From Terriglobia bacterium (GTDB taxonomy: Bacteria > Acidobacteriota > Polarisedimenticolia > Polarisedimenticolales > JAIQFR01), in NCBI GenBank assembly GCA_963748015.1, contig CAVVHE010000008.1, forward strand, positions 320,001-384,000: DNA of 64,000 nt, written 5' to 3'. The position numbers were made by a program, and so were the translations under genes. The notes under the pieces are model-generated. The model was not told the origin of the DNA, made no database searches, and was given only the letters and a program-made list of their open reading frames with translations. Below are positions 1 through 9,975 of the stretch, in pieces. Within the stretch, counting starts at the first letter, position 1. Each line of letters opens with the position of its first letter.

Positions 1-363
1 CGCACGGCGGGCGCGATCGCGGAGCGCACGGCCGAGCTGGTGCGCGACGGCGCGCGGCTGCTCGGGATCGAGTCGCCGGTGTCCGAGGGCGACCTCGAGT
101 GCCACGACGCGTACGCGGGCGAGTACGGCGTCCCGACCCCCGCGGGACAGGACGCGATCCTCACCGCGGCCCGGCTCGAAGGCCTCGTCCTCGATCCGGT
201 CTACACGGGAAAAGCGATGAGCGGACTGCTCGACCTCGCGCGCCGCCGCGTTCTCGACCCGGCGGTACCGACGGTCTTCCTCCACACCGGCGGCTCGCCG
301 ATCACGTTCGCTTTCGAGCACGCATTCCGCGGCCAGGCCGTCTGCACGAAGATCCGGCGGTGA
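1..363 (+). CDS. D-cysteine desulfhydrase / ACC deaminase family PLP enzyme, C-terminal part (5' end outside window)
   Basis: Frame open from base 1; motifs YGVPT, EGLVLDPVYTGKAM and VFLHTGG are typical of the DcyD/AcdS family. Confidence 0.85.
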   Translation, partial: RTAGAIAERTAELVRDGARLLGIESPVSEGDLECHDAYAGEYGVPTPAGQDAILTAARLEGLVLDPVYTGKAMSGLLDLARRRVLDPAVPTVFLHTGGSPITFAFEHAFRGQAVCTKIRR

Positions 364-367
364 GTCC

Positions 368-1991
368 ATGAGCGGTCTCGGTCGGGCCATGGGGCGGTTC
401 CTCGGTCTCGCGGTCGCGCTGGCCGCGGTCTCGCTCTCGACGCCCGCGCCCGGATCGACGGGGCCGGAGGCGTCCGAGGTCCATTCCGACCCTGACGGCG
501 GCGCTCGGCGATCCCGACCCGCTGGCGCGCGAGCGCGCGGCGGCGGCGCTCGGGGAGCTCGGCCCGAAGGCAGCGGCCGCGATCCGGCCCCTCGTCGCGA
601 CGTTCGCCGGCGACGATCCCTACGTCGCCGGCGCGGCCGCGGTCGCGCTGGCGCGGATCGGCGCGGAGAGCGTGCCGGCGCTGGCGGAGGCCCTGGCCGA
701 CGCGCGCGAGAGCGTGCGCTGGTCCGCCGCCATCGCCCTCGGGCGGCTCGGCCCTTCCGCGGCGGCCGCCGCGCCGGCGCTCGTGATCGCGCTCGGCGAC
801 GCGAAGGAGACGATCCGGGCCTGCGCCGCGACCGCCCTCGGCGCGATCGGACCGGGGGCGGCCGGCGCGGTCCCGGCGCTCACCGAGGCGCTGCACGACC
901 GCGACGAGGACGTGCGCCGCGCCGCGCGCATCGCCCTGGCCCAGGTCGCTCCATCGCGGCGCGCTGGGCCGCCCTCTCGCGAGGAACTCATCGCGACGAT
1001 CGACCGGCTCGTTCCGAAACTGATGGAGGAGCACCACGTTCCTGGGGTCTCGATCGCCCTCATCGGCGAAGGGAAGGTGGCCTGGTCGAAGGCGTACGGC
1101 GTGAGCGACGCCGCGACCAAGACGCCGGTCACGAGGGAGACGCTCTTCGAGGCCGCCTCGATGAGCAAGCCGGTCTTCGCCGTCCTCGCGCTGCAGCTCG
1201 CCGACGCGGGACGGCTCGACCTCGATCGCCCGCTGGCCGAGTACGCGACCGAGCCCTTCGTGCCGGACCAGCCGGGCCGCCGGCGCGTCACCGCGCGGAT
1301 GGTGCTCTCGCACACGGCCGGGTTCCCCAACTGGCGCCCGGGGGGCGAGGAGCGCGAGGGGCCGCTGCCGCTGCTGTTCGAGCCCGGGGAGCGATTCGGC
1401 TACTCGGGGGAAGGGATGTTCTACCTGCAGCGCGTCGTCGAGCGGATCACGGGACAGCCGCTCGACGTGCGCGCCCGGGCGGCGCTCTTCGATCCCCTCG
1501 GCCTCCCGCACTCGAGCTTCGCCTGGAGCCCGGCGGTCGACCGCTCGCTCGCCAGCGGCCACACCGCGGACGGGGCCTTCCTCGCCAGGTCGAAGTACAC
1601 CCATCCGAACGCGGCCTACACGCTCTACACGACCGCGGAGGAGTACGCCCGGATCATCGTCGAGGTCATGAGCGCCGCGCGCTCCCGCTCGAAGGTCCTC
1701 TCGCGGCGTTCGGCGCGCGAGATGCTACGGGGACAGGTCGCCCTCGACGCGCGGGATCCGATCGAGCGGCCGGGCTCCGCCGAGGGACGCTCGGTGCACT
1801 GGGGGCTCGGCTGGTCGATCAACTCCACGGACGGCGGCGACATCTACCACCACAGCGGGGCCAACCGGACCGGTTTCCGCTGCTTCAGCCAGTTCTCGCT
1901 CGACCGGCGATCGGGCCTCGTCATCCTGACCAACGGCATCCAAGGCGGCGACCTGTGGACCCGGCTGGTCGCCGCGATCGGAGACCTGTGA
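368..1991 (+). CDS. Secreted HEAT-repeat protein fused to a beta-lactamase-like serine hydrolase; apparent frameshift near 475-480
   Basis: The ATG368 frame gives a signal-peptide-like N-terminus. From ~480 the frame of ORF 672..1991 reads SIPTLTAALGDPDPLARERAAAALGELGP (HEAT repeats), then SxxK (ASMSK), YSG and HSG motifs. Confidence 0.75.
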
Positions 1992-3646
1992 GCCGAAACG
2001 CGCGATTGGCGACGGCGGTCTGCCTTGGCCTGGCGGCCCTCGGGTCCGTAGCCCTTGCGGCAACGGAGCCTCCTTCCATCGCCGCCGACTTCGTCGAGGC
2101 GTCCCCTTCGCCTCCGGTGCCGGAGCCGCTTCGAGCGGCGCTGGCCGGGATCCGGGCCGAGGCGCTTGGCGCCCACGTCGCATTCCTCGCTTCCCCGGCG
2201 CTCGAGGGGCGCGGCCTCGGCTCCCCCGGCCTCGAGGCCGCGGCGGAATACGCCGCGGCTTTCCTGACCCAGCTCGGAGCCGTTCCTCTGGGAAGCGAGG
2301 GGGCCGGCCTATCCGTTCACGCGCGCTTCTTCCAGACCGTACCGCTGCGCGAGGTGACCGGATTCACCGGCGACATCACGATCGAGACGCAACGGGGCGA
2401 GAGCGCCCACCGCGAGTCGTTCGCGGCGGGCACGGAGTGCGTGTTCGATCCGGCGGGACCGCGAAAGCTCACCACGCCGCTCGCGTTCGCCGGCTACGGG
2501 ATCCGCGAGGAGGCTCTCGGCCGCGACGACTACACGGGGCTCGACGTCCGCGGCCGCATCGTCCTGGTCCTCGGCGGGGTGCCTCCCGGCGAGACGTGGC
2601 GGACCGCGGAGCTCGTTTCCCGCTACGCCGCGGACAAGCGTGATGATCGCTGGAAGACGAAGGTCGAGACCGCGCGCGCGCGCGGCGCCGCGGCGGTGAT
2701 CGCCGTGGACCCCGGGCCCCTCGTCCGGCGCGCGGAGAAAGAGGACGCCACCCCGCCAGCGTGCTGGCTGCCTTGGGACAAGGAGGCCGAGCCTCTTCCC
2801 GTGGCGTACCTCTCCGGCGCGGCAGCCCGGTCGATCCTCGCGGCGCTGGGGCTCGATGACCCCAAGACGGAAGGGAGCGGGCCGCGCCAGCTCGCGGGCG
2901 CGCGCGCCACGTTCCACACGGGCGGCAGCGAGCGCAGGGTCGAGGCGCGCAACGTCGTCGGCTACTTCGCCGGGTCCGATCCCGCGCTGCGCGACGAGGC
3001 GGTGGTGATCGGGGCGCACCTCGATCACCTGGGCCGTCCCGGCGGCGTCATCCATCCCGGCGCCGACGACAACGCTTCGGGGGTCGCAGCGCTGCTCGAG
3101 ATCGCGCGGGGGATCGCCTCGTTGCCCGCGGCGCCGAAACGATCGGTCGTCGTCGCCTTCTGGGCAGGGGAGGAAGAAGGGAAGTTCGGGTCGGGCTACT
3201 TCGTGCGGCATCCGCGGTGGCCGCTCGCGCGGATCGCGGCCTACATCAACCTCGACATGATCGGGCACCCGTGGCTCGCCGAGGAGCTCGCGAAGCTGGT
3301 CGCCGACACCAAGCTGCCGGACGGGGCGGGGTTTCTCTCGCGGACCAAGGTCTCCGAGTTCGCCGAGCCGGGGCTGCCGGTGGACGCGCCGGAGCTGGCG
3401 GCCGCGCTGCGCTGGGCGGGCTCGGCGGCGGGGATGGCCCTCCACCTCGACCGCTGCGACGGCACGCACGGGGGGAGCGACTACCGCGACTTCGCGCGCG
3501 CGCGGGTGCCGTGGATCCGATTCTTCGGAAATTTCTTCCCGGCGTACCACGAGGCCGGCGACACGGCCGAGGCCCTCGATCCCGCGCAGGTCCGGCGGAT
3601 GGCCCGTCTCGCGCTCGCCACCGCGTGGCGGCTCGCGGAGCGCTGA
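1988..3646 (+). CDS. M28 family metallopeptidase with PA domain
   Basis: GTG start overlaps the upstream TGA (GTGA); signal peptide; DDYTGLDVRGRIVLV (PA domain), GAHLDHLG, GADDNASG, GEEEG, SDY and YH motifs. Confidence 0.85.
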   Translation: MSRNARLATAVCLGLAALGSVALAATEPPSIAADFVEASPSPPVPEPLRAALAGIRAEALGAHVAFLASPALEGRGLGSPGLEAAAEYAAAFLTQLGAVPLGSEGAGLSVHARFFQTVPLREVTGFTGDITIETQRGESAHRESFAAGTECVFDPAGPRKLTTPLAFAGYGIREEALGRDDYTGLDVRGRIVLVLGGVPPGETWRTAELVSRYAADKRDDRWKTKVETARARGAAAVIAVDPGPLVRRAEKEDATPPACWLPWDKEAEPLPVAYLSGAAARSILAALGLDDPKTEGSGPRQLAGARATFHTGGSERRVEARNVVGYFAGSDPALRDEAVVIGAHLDHLGRPGGVIHPGADDNASGVAALLEIARGIASLPAAPKRSVVVAFWAGEEEGKFGSGYFVRHPRWPLARIAAYINLDMIGHPWLAEELAKLVADTKLPDGAGFLSRTKVSEFAEPGLPVDAPELAAALRWAGSAAGMALHLDRCDGTHGGSDYRDFARARVPWIRFFGNFFPAYHEAGDTAEALDPAQVRRMARLALATAWRLAER

Positions 3647-3772
3647 CGGCCCAAGGGGACCTTTTTATTCACGATCAGATCGTCAGCAAGCCTCGCTGAA
3701 TCGTGGCTTTCGCGACTCCCTGCCGTGGTACATTTCGCGCTACCGCACGAGTCCACGAGAGGAGGGGCTACC

Positions 3773-4993
3773 ATGCCTCGTCACACCCTTGAGCACGTCC
3801 ACGATCGTGGCGCCGGCCGGCGCCGAATGGATGGCCCGATGCGGGCGGCGGCCCTCGCCCTGTGCCTGCTGTTCCTTCCCGCGCTGATAACCTTCCACGG
3901 GTCGACGGCGACCGCCGGCAGCGTTCCGTGCGACTGCGAGTCGTGCCACGGCCAGCATCACCCGGCGGGCTTCACGGGCTGCTCGGCGTGTCACGGATCT
4001 CCACCGCAGGACGTCACGCACCTCGCCCACTACGGCGCCCCTCCGGCGGACGCACTCCGGTACGGGGACACCTCCGTCACAAGCACGGCCAGCGCGTACC
4101 TGTTCGGCTGCGGCAACTGCCATCCGCTGAACCGGGTCAACCACATGAACGGCGTCGTGGACAAGGAGCTGTACAACCCGGTCGCGCCCGCCGGCTCGCT
4201 GAAGGCCAAGAACCCCTCGACCGCGGCGTACGACCCGGTCGCGAAGACCTGCCGCGACGTGTACTGCCACAGCGGCTACACGATCGTGTCCGGCCCCGTC
4301 GGCCCGCCGTTGACCTCTCCGCCCGAGGCCGTGCCGCCGGGGTTCACGCTCAACAACGCCTACATCATGGACCCCACGTGCAACAACCTGACCTACGCCC
4401 CCTACACGGCCGCCTACTCGAGGGTGTACGTGACGACCCCCCCGTGGGGCCAGGCGTTCCCCACGCCGAGGACCTGCTCGGAGTGCCACGGTTTCCCGCC
4501 CACGACCTCCGACCCGGCCGTCTCGGCCGGGGTGGGCGACAGCCACCAGTGGATCGACCAGTGGGGCTTCCGGAACCTGCACGCCTGGAACATGGGGTTC
4601 GATCCCGTCCAGTGCAGGACCTGCCACTACGTCACGGTCACGCAGGCCGGCTCCTACTCGCCGACGCTCGGGGAGGGTGTGGTGGTCTACGGGGCCGTTC
4701 CTCTGGCCAGCCGGGTGCCGCACGTGAACGGCGTGCCCGACGTCGCGTTCGACACGGTCAACGGCGCCCGGTACCGGAATCTCTACAGCCTCGCGAGCGC
4801 CGCATACGATCCCGCCACGAAGACCTGCTCGAACGTGGCGTGCCACTCCAGTGTCCCCGTCGGCCGCACGGGAGCGCGCTGGCAGCCACAAGCCAAGTGG
4901 GGTTCACCCTATCGATGGGAGTGGGGCTCCGCGGAGTGCGATCTCTGCCACCGAACCGCATCGCTCGGCACGACGTGCCAAGCGGCGCATTGA
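3773..4993 (+). CDS. Secreted multiheme c-type cytochrome (CxxxxCH/CxxCH type)
   Basis: GGAGG upstream of ATG3773 (start could be further downstream); signal peptide; 6 CxxCH (CESCH, CSACH, CGNCH, CSECH, CRTCH, CDLCH) and 2 Cx4CH (CRDVYCH, CSNVACH). Confidence 0.85.
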   Translation: MPRHTLEHVHDRGAGRRRMDGPMRAAALALCLLFLPALITFHGSTATAGSVPCDCESCHGQHHPAGFTGCSACHGSPPQDVTHLAHYGAPPADALRYGDTSVTSTASAYLFGCGNCHPLNRVNHMNGVVDKELYNPVAPAGSLKAKNPSTAAYDPVAKTCRDVYCHSGYTIVSGPVGPPLTSPPEAVPPGFTLNNAYIMDPTCNNLTYAPYTAAYSRVYVTTPPWGQAFPTPRTCSECHGFPPTTSDPAVSAGVGDSHQWIDQWGFRNLHAWNMGFDPVQCRTCHYVTVTQAGSYSPTLGEGVVVYGAVPLASRVPHVNGVPDVAFDTVNGARYRNLYSLASAAYDPATKTCSNVACHSSVPVGRTGARWQPQAKWGSPYRWEWGSAECDLCHRTASLGTTCQAAH

Positions 4994-5023
4994 CCGCCAC
5001 GCGCGAAACTCCAGAGGTGTAGC

Positions 5024-6391
5024 ATGCGCGAGACACACCAGACCCTCGAGATCGGCAGGCGTGGCCGGCGGTTCGGGCGCTACCTCCTAGGCTTCCTGTT
5101 GCTTCTGCTCCTCCCGGCGGCCGCGACGGCGCAAGAGCTGTCCTGTCCCGACTGCCACAACCCGAACGGGATCCCCGCGCCGCACGACACGGGCTGCCGG
5201 AACACGCCCTGCTCCGAGGCGTGTCACACGATCGGCACCGGCCAGCTGAATCACATGACGGGGCCCGGCACGCCGGCCGCCGCCTCCGCCGACCGCACGA
5301 TCTACTGCAACAGTTGCCACAACGTCCCCTGGGAAGGGGTCTACCATCCCTACACGGTCAACGTGCTCGCGGGGACGCCGACGATCCCGGGGAACGTGGA
5401 CCTGGACCAGGTCTGCGGCCAGTGCCACGGAGGAGGCGTCGTCCAGGACGCGCTGCACCAGCCCAGACCCCCGGCGCAGTACAGGACCAAGGCCGCCCTG
5501 GCGCCGGTGGCTCAAGGCATTCATGACTCCTCCTGGGTCAGCTACCCCGTGTCGTTCAGCTCGTCCTCCAGCGGCCTGACCCTCTACGCGAACGCCCTGG
5601 TCGATTGCGGGGGCACCTGTCCGCCCCTGACCTACGACTGGGTATGGGGAGACGGGAGTCAGAATCTCGGGGCCGCCGCGGCCGCGTCGCACGCGTACCC
5701 CGCCGGGGGCACGTACACGATCTCGCTGACGGTCCGCGCGAACGGCCTGACGGCCGGCGCAGCGACCGGAAGCGTGACGGTCACCCTTCAGGACTTGCCC
5801 CCGGTAGCCGCGGGAATCTGCACCTGGACCGAGGCGACCTGGACGATGACGGTCCGGGACACGTCCATGGACACGGACGCGACGCCCGTGCAGAGCGTCA
5901 CCGTGGCGTGGGGAGACGGCAGCCTCAACTCCAACGGCGGCCCCGGCGCGCTCTTCACCCACACGTACATCTCTCCGGGAGCGTACACGCCGACCCTGAA
6001 GGCCGTCGACACGGCCCTCAAGATCAGCGACCCTCTCTTCGCCTGTCCGACGCCGGCCACCCCGACCTACTACAGCATTCGCGGCACGGTATACAGGAAC
6101 GATGGAACGACGCCGATCTCGTCGGCGCTGGTCACCCTGAAGTTGGGCGCGACGACGGTCAAGAACTTCAGCACGGGGGCCACCGGGGCGTTCTCGTTCC
6201 TGTCCCTCAAGCCGGGCACGTATTCGCTCACGGTTACGAGGTCCGGGTACAACTTCGGACCGGCACCGCAGGTCCCGAGCGTCGTCGTCGGACCGGATCG
6301 AGTGGGCATCGCCATCAAAGCCCTGTCAGCCGCAACCGCGATGGCCGTTCGGACCGGCGTTGCGCCGTTGCCGGAGCCGGCGCCGGAGTAA
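5024..6391 (+). CDS. Secreted multiheme cytochrome c with PKD-like domains and a C-terminal carboxypeptidase-regulatory-like beta-sandwich
   Basis: CPDCH, CSEACH, CNSCH, CGQCH; two PKD signatures (YDWVWGDG..HAY..GTYTISLTV and VAWGDG..HTY..GAYT); GTVY..PISSALVTL..T..TGAFSF..LKPGTYSLTV. Confidence 0.8.
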   Translation: MRETHQTLEIGRRGRRFGRYLLGFLLLLLLPAAATAQELSCPDCHNPNGIPAPHDTGCRNTPCSEACHTIGTGQLNHMTGPGTPAAASADRTIYCNSCHNVPWEGVYHPYTVNVLAGTPTIPGNVDLDQVCGQCHGGGVVQDALHQPRPPAQYRTKAALAPVAQGIHDSSWVSYPVSFSSSSSGLTLYANALVDCGGTCPPLTYDWVWGDGSQNLGAAAAASHAYPAGGTYTISLTVRANGLTAGAATGSVTVTLQDLPPVAAGICTWTEATWTMTVRDTSMDTDATPVQSVTVAWGDGSLNSNGGPGALFTHTYISPGAYTPTLKAVDTALKISDPLFACPTPATPTYYSIRGTVYRNDGTTPISSALVTLKLGATTVKNFSTGATGAFSFLSLKPGTYSLTVTRSGYNFGPAPQVPSVVVGPDRVGIAIKALSAATAMAVRTGVAPLPEPAPE

Positions 6392-6497
6392 GGCCGGAAG
6401 CCGGGTTGGAGTCGGAGCCGGGCCACTTTGTTCGAGCTTCCAGGAGATCGCGGCGAGCGCCGCCGCGGTCCAGCCCTGCGCCTCGCCTCCGTCCGGT

Positions 6498-6540
6498 CGT
6501 CTCGTCTTCCGATGAACGTCAGGGCCGGTTCAACCGCCAC
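6498..6540. repeat. Copy 1 of a 43-nt imperfect direct repeat (tspO 3' end plus downstream flank)
   Basis: CGTCTCGTCTTCCGATGAaCGTCagGGCCGGTtCAaCCGCCAC; 38 of 43 positions identical to 9976-10018. Confidence 0.8.
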
Positions 6541-6992
6541 AGCGCGAAGTTGAGGCACGACGCGAACCCGACCCAGAGGGCATACGGGATCATCAGCGCG
6601 CCGGCCCGCCAGTCCTGTCGCCAGAACAGCGCTGCCGCCGCCAGGATCGCCGCGAACAGAACGACGATGTCGAGCAAGGCGGCGCCGGGCCGATGAAGGC
6701 CGAAGAAGAGATAGGACCAGAGCGCGTTGAGGACGAGCTGCGCGACGAAAAGGATCAGCGCCGCCGCGGCGCCGCGGAAGCCCGCCCGACGCCAGACCAA
6801 CCACGCCGCCACGGCCATCAGCGTGTAGAGAACGGTCCACACCGGGGCGAAGATCCAGTTCGGCGGATTCCATGGCGGTTTCGTGAGCGACGCGTACCAG
6901 GCCCCGGGCATGTACCGGGAGCCGATCCAGGCGGCGGCGAAACAGACTGCGAGCCAGCCCGCGAGACCCAGAAAGCTCCTTGCAGCTCCCAC
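6519..6992 (-). CDS. tspO: TspO/MBR tryptophan-rich sensory protein
   Basis: WYASLTKPPWNPPNWIFAPVWTVLY, QLVLNALWSYLFFG and PYALWVGFASCLN; GTG6992 is preceded by a purine-rich RBS. Confidence 0.95.
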   Translation of the reverse strand: MGAARSFLGLAGWLAVCFAAAWIGSRYMPGAWYASLTKPPWNPPNWIFAPVWTVLYTLMAVAAWLVWRRAGFRGAAAALILFVAQLVLNALWSYLFFGLHRPGAALLDIVVLFAAILAAAALFWRQDWRAGALMIPYALWVGFASCLNFALWRLNRP

Positions 6993-7089
6993 GCCTTCTC
7001 CCTCCCTCTCGAGCCCGCATCGAGCCGCGGGCTCGCGGCGCACCACAACCCGGGGAGTCTATCGCGCGCGGCGTGCCGGCTCCGCGCGT

Positions 7090-7118
7090 TTGACAGCGCT
7101 GGAGGCCCCGCCTAGACT
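7090..7118 (+). promoter_or_regulatory. Putative sigma70 promoter
   Basis: TTGACA-N17-TAGACT ending 23 nt upstream of TTG7142. Confidence 0.65.
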
Positions 7119-7141
7119 CGGCCCCGACCGGAGGGCTTTCC

Positions 7142-7870
7142 TTGAAACGTCTCCCGTATCTCCTGTTCCTCTTGCCCGCGCTGGCGCTCGCGGACGAGGT
7201 GTTCCTGGCTGGCGCGGGCTCGATCTCGGGGCGAATCGTCGAGCAGACGGAGACGATGGTCAAGGTGGACATCGGGGGCGGGATCATGGGGGTCCCCATG
7301 TCGCGCGTCGAGCGCATCGTGAAGGGGCGAACGCCCCTCGACGATTACGACGATCGCGCGGCCAAGCTGGGACCCCAGGACGCCGCGGGCTGGCGGAGTC
7401 TCGGACGCTGGGCGACGCAACAGGGGCTGTCGGCGCAAGCGGGCCAGGCCTACGAGAAGGTGCTCGCGATCGCGCCGGACGACGCGGAAGCGAGGCAGGC
7501 CATGGGATTCGTGCGGCTCGAAGGCCGCTGGGTCACGGAGGAGGAGAGCTACCGCGCCCGCGGCTACGTGAAGGACGGCGGGGAGTGGGTGACGCCCGCC
7601 GAGGCGCAGGCGGCCCAGCAGGCCGAGGCGGCGGACCAGGCGCGTCGCGAGGCCGACCGCCGGGCGAACGACGCGGAGATAGCGGCCATGAAGGCGGAAG
7701 ACCGCGCTCGCGAGGCCGAGGAGCGCGCTCGCAAAGCGGAAGAGGAAAAGCGCTCGTGGAACGACTACCCCGTCTACTGGGGAGGGTGGGGCTACGGCGT
7801 GAATTACTGGCCCGCGACGGGGGGCGCAGTGAACCGGCCCGTGCAGCGTCCGGCCGGGGGACGGAGATGA
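7142..7870 (+). CDS. Secreted hypothetical protein with a TPR-like segment and a coiled coil
   Basis: GGAGG RBS; signal peptide ending ALA-D; tandem GFVRLEGRWVT / GYVKDGGEWVT motifs; stop overlaps the next start (ATGA). Confidence 0.7.
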   Translation: MKRLPYLLFLLPALALADEVFLAGAGSISGRIVEQTETMVKVDIGGGIMGVPMSRVERIVKGRTPLDDYDDRAAKLGPQDAAGWRSLGRWATQQGLSAQAGQAYEKVLAIAPDDAEARQAMGFVRLEGRWVTEEESYRARGYVKDGGEWVTPAEAQAAQQAEAADQARREADRRANDAEIAAMKAEDRAREAEERARKAEEEKRSWNDYPVYWGGWGYGVNYWPATGGAVNRPVQRPAGGRR

Positions 7871-8646
7871 GCCGCGGCGGGCGTCTCGTGGGCGGGCGGC
7901 TGCTGGCTCTGGCGGCGGTCGCGCTCGTCGCGGTCGCGGCGGCGTTGGCGGCCGGACCGGCCGCGCCGACCCCGACGGTCGACGAGATCGTCGCGCGGCA
8001 CGTCGCGGCCCGAGGCGGCTCGAAGAAACTCCAGTCCATCGAGACGCTGCGCCAGAAGGGGCACGCGACCGCCGGGCCGAACCGGACGGCGCTCGTGACC
8101 CGCGAGGTGAAGCGCCCGGCCCGGACGAGGTTCGAATTCAAGGTCCAGGGGGTCACCGCCGTCTACCTCTCCGACGGCGTCCGCGGCTGGGAGGTGTTCC
8201 CGTTCGACGGCGACGTGGACCCCCGGCAGCTTTCCGGCGACGTCGTGAGCGAGGCGGCCGAGCAAGGCGACATCGAGGGACCGCTCGTCGGCTGGAAGAC
8301 CAAGGGCCATCGGGTGGAGCTCGCCGGCCGCGAGACCGTCGGCGGTCGAGAGACGTACAAGGTGAAGCTCACCCTCAAGAGCGGTGGGGTTCGCTACGAG
8401 TACCTCGACGCGAAGAACTTCTACCTGGTCCGGACCGACTCGACGCGACAGGTGCGCGGGCGGGACGTCCGAATCGAGACCACGTTCGGCGACTTCAGGA
8501 AAACGGGTGGAGTGCTCTTCCCTCGCCTGATCGAGGTCGCGGCCGAGGGGCGGCCGAACCGGCTTCAGATCGTCGTCGACACGATCGAGCTGAACCCGCC
8601 CCTGAGCGACGCGCGCTTCGAGATCCCGGCCCCGCTCAAGCCCTGA
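7867..8646 (+). CDS. LolA-like outer-membrane lipoprotein-sorting family protein
   Basis: Signal peptide; TVDEIVARHVAARGG, YLDAKNFYLVR, FGDFRKTGGVLFP and IELNPPLSDARF are typical of this family. Confidence 0.7.
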   Translation: MSRGGRLVGGRLLALAAVALVAVAAALAAGPAAPTPTVDEIVARHVAARGGSKKLQSIETLRQKGHATAGPNRTALVTREVKRPARTRFEFKVQGVTAVYLSDGVRGWEVFPFDGDVDPRQLSGDVVSEAAEQGDIEGPLVGWKTKGHRVELAGRETVGGRETYKVKLTLKSGGVRYEYLDAKNFYLVRTDSTRQVRGRDVRIETTFGDFRKTGGVLFPRLIEVAAEGRPNRLQIVVDTIELNPPLSDARFEIPAPLKP

Positions 8647-8738
8647 CCGCGGCGCCGTCCTCCCGTCGAGACCATCGGCCGGCGCGGCCGGTCAACCGGC
8701 TTCTCCCGCCGCAGTCCACGTTTCGTTCCGTGGATTCC

Positions 8739-9956
8739 TCAGAAGCTGAACTGGAGCTGGAGCCGGGCCACCTTGTCGGTCACGTCGCCGGCCACGAGCC
8801 GAGCGCCATCCGCGAAGGAAATCAGGCTCACGATCCGGCCCGGGGCGTTGGCCTGGTAGGCGAGCGTTCCCACGTCGAAGTGCAGCTTCAGGCCGTTCCC
8901 CGACCAGTAGTAGTTCGCGACGATCCGGGTTTCGCTCACCTTGCCGTCGGGCCTGTGCGTGTCGCCGTCCACCTCGGCGTAGCGGGCGCCGAACTCGAGC
9001 TTCTGGGGGACCGCGGCGAACGCTCCTTGAACATACCAGCCGTCGGAGTCCACGTCCGACCCTACGGTCGTCGCGCTGTTCGTCGCCTCGGTGGCCTGGG
9101 AGTAGTACTCCGCGGCCGCGTACCAGCGCCGCCACTTCCAAGCCAGCTCGAGGCCCCAGGCATCCTGGTTGTTGGGATCTTCCCAGGCCCCGCCGGCCTT
9201 GTATCCGCGGCCCGGCTCCCCGGTGCGGTATGCCGCGCCGACGTGGAGGAGATTCTTGTCCGGCGCGTCGAGAGTTCCCTCGCCCAGCTTGTACTCGCCG
9301 AACGGGTCCCACCAAGCGCGGCCGAGGTACATCAAGGCCGCGTCGTCCTGGCTCTTGGACTCGCCCGAGCCGTTGCCGGCCGCCACTGTGTACCCGAGCC
9401 GCTTCGTTGCGCTCAGGCCCATGAGGGCGGCGCCCTGCTCGCGGCTCGGGGCGAACACGCTCGTGATGGCCCGCTCGGGGAAGAGCAGGCTCGAGTCCGG
9501 CGCGAGCTCCTGGAGACCGAACGGCATCTTGAACTGTCCCGCGCGGACGGTCGCCAGCTCCACCTTGCCGAACTCCAGGTAGGCGTCCTTGAACTTGGCG
9601 TCCTTGTCGCCCGTGGTGTCCGAGAGCTCGTAGCTAACCGCGTACCGGACCCACGGCTGGTAGATCGTTCCCTTGATCCCCAGGCGGACCCGCGGGATCT
9701 TGAATCCCGTCGAGAATCCGTCCTCCCGGCCCAGGCCGGGCCCCGCCGTGTCGGCGTCGAACTGCTCCTGGTCCGCGGCGGTGAACCGGATTTGCGCGAA
9801 CATGTTGAACGTCAGGCTGCTATTGCCGGACGACCACGTCGGCGCGCCCTTCGACATGTCGAACTTGGACTCCTTCGTTTCCGCGGCGAGCGCCGTCGAT
9901 CCCCCGCAGAGGGCGGCTGCGAGCGCCGCCACCGCGATCCAACTCCGCTTCCACAT
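8739..9956 (-). CDS. Phosphate-selective porin OprO/OprP-like outer-membrane protein
   Basis: Signal peptide; FKIPRVRLGIKG, DAYLEF, RAGQFKMPFGLQEL, FPERA; C-terminal LQFSF (terminal Phe); GGAGG RBS. Confidence 0.85.
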   Translation of the reverse strand: MWKRSWIAVAALAAALCGGSTALAAETKESKFDMSKGAPTWSSGNSSLTFNMFAQIRFTAADQEQFDADTAGPGLGREDGFSTGFKIPRVRLGIKGTIYQPWVRYAVSYELSDTTGDKDAKFKDAYLEFGKVELATVRAGQFKMPFGLQELAPDSSLLFPERAITSVFAPSREQGAALMGLSATKRLGYTVAAGNGSGESKSQDDAALMYLGRAWWDPFGEYKLGEGTLDAPDKNLLHVGAAYRTGEPGRGYKAGGAWEDPNNQDAWGLELAWKWRRWYAAAEYYSQATEATNSATTVGSDVDSDGWYVQGAFAAVPQKLEFGARYAEVDGDTHRPDGKVSETRIVANYYWSGNGLKLHFDVGTLAYQANAPGRIVSLISFADGARLVAGDVTDKVARLQLQFSF

Positions 9957-9975
9957 CCTCTTTCCTCCTTGCCGC

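Noticed and set aside
368..3646. Single 1092-aa ORF
   Set aside because: It is a chimera: the signal peptide of the HEAT hydrolase, then an Arg-rich off-frame stretch, then the real M28 peptidase from GTG1988.
3671..3683. ACGATC-A-GATCGT palindrome upstream of the cytochrome genes
   Set aside because: Single short instance that does not match the FNR/CRP or Fur consensus; possible operator but unsupported.
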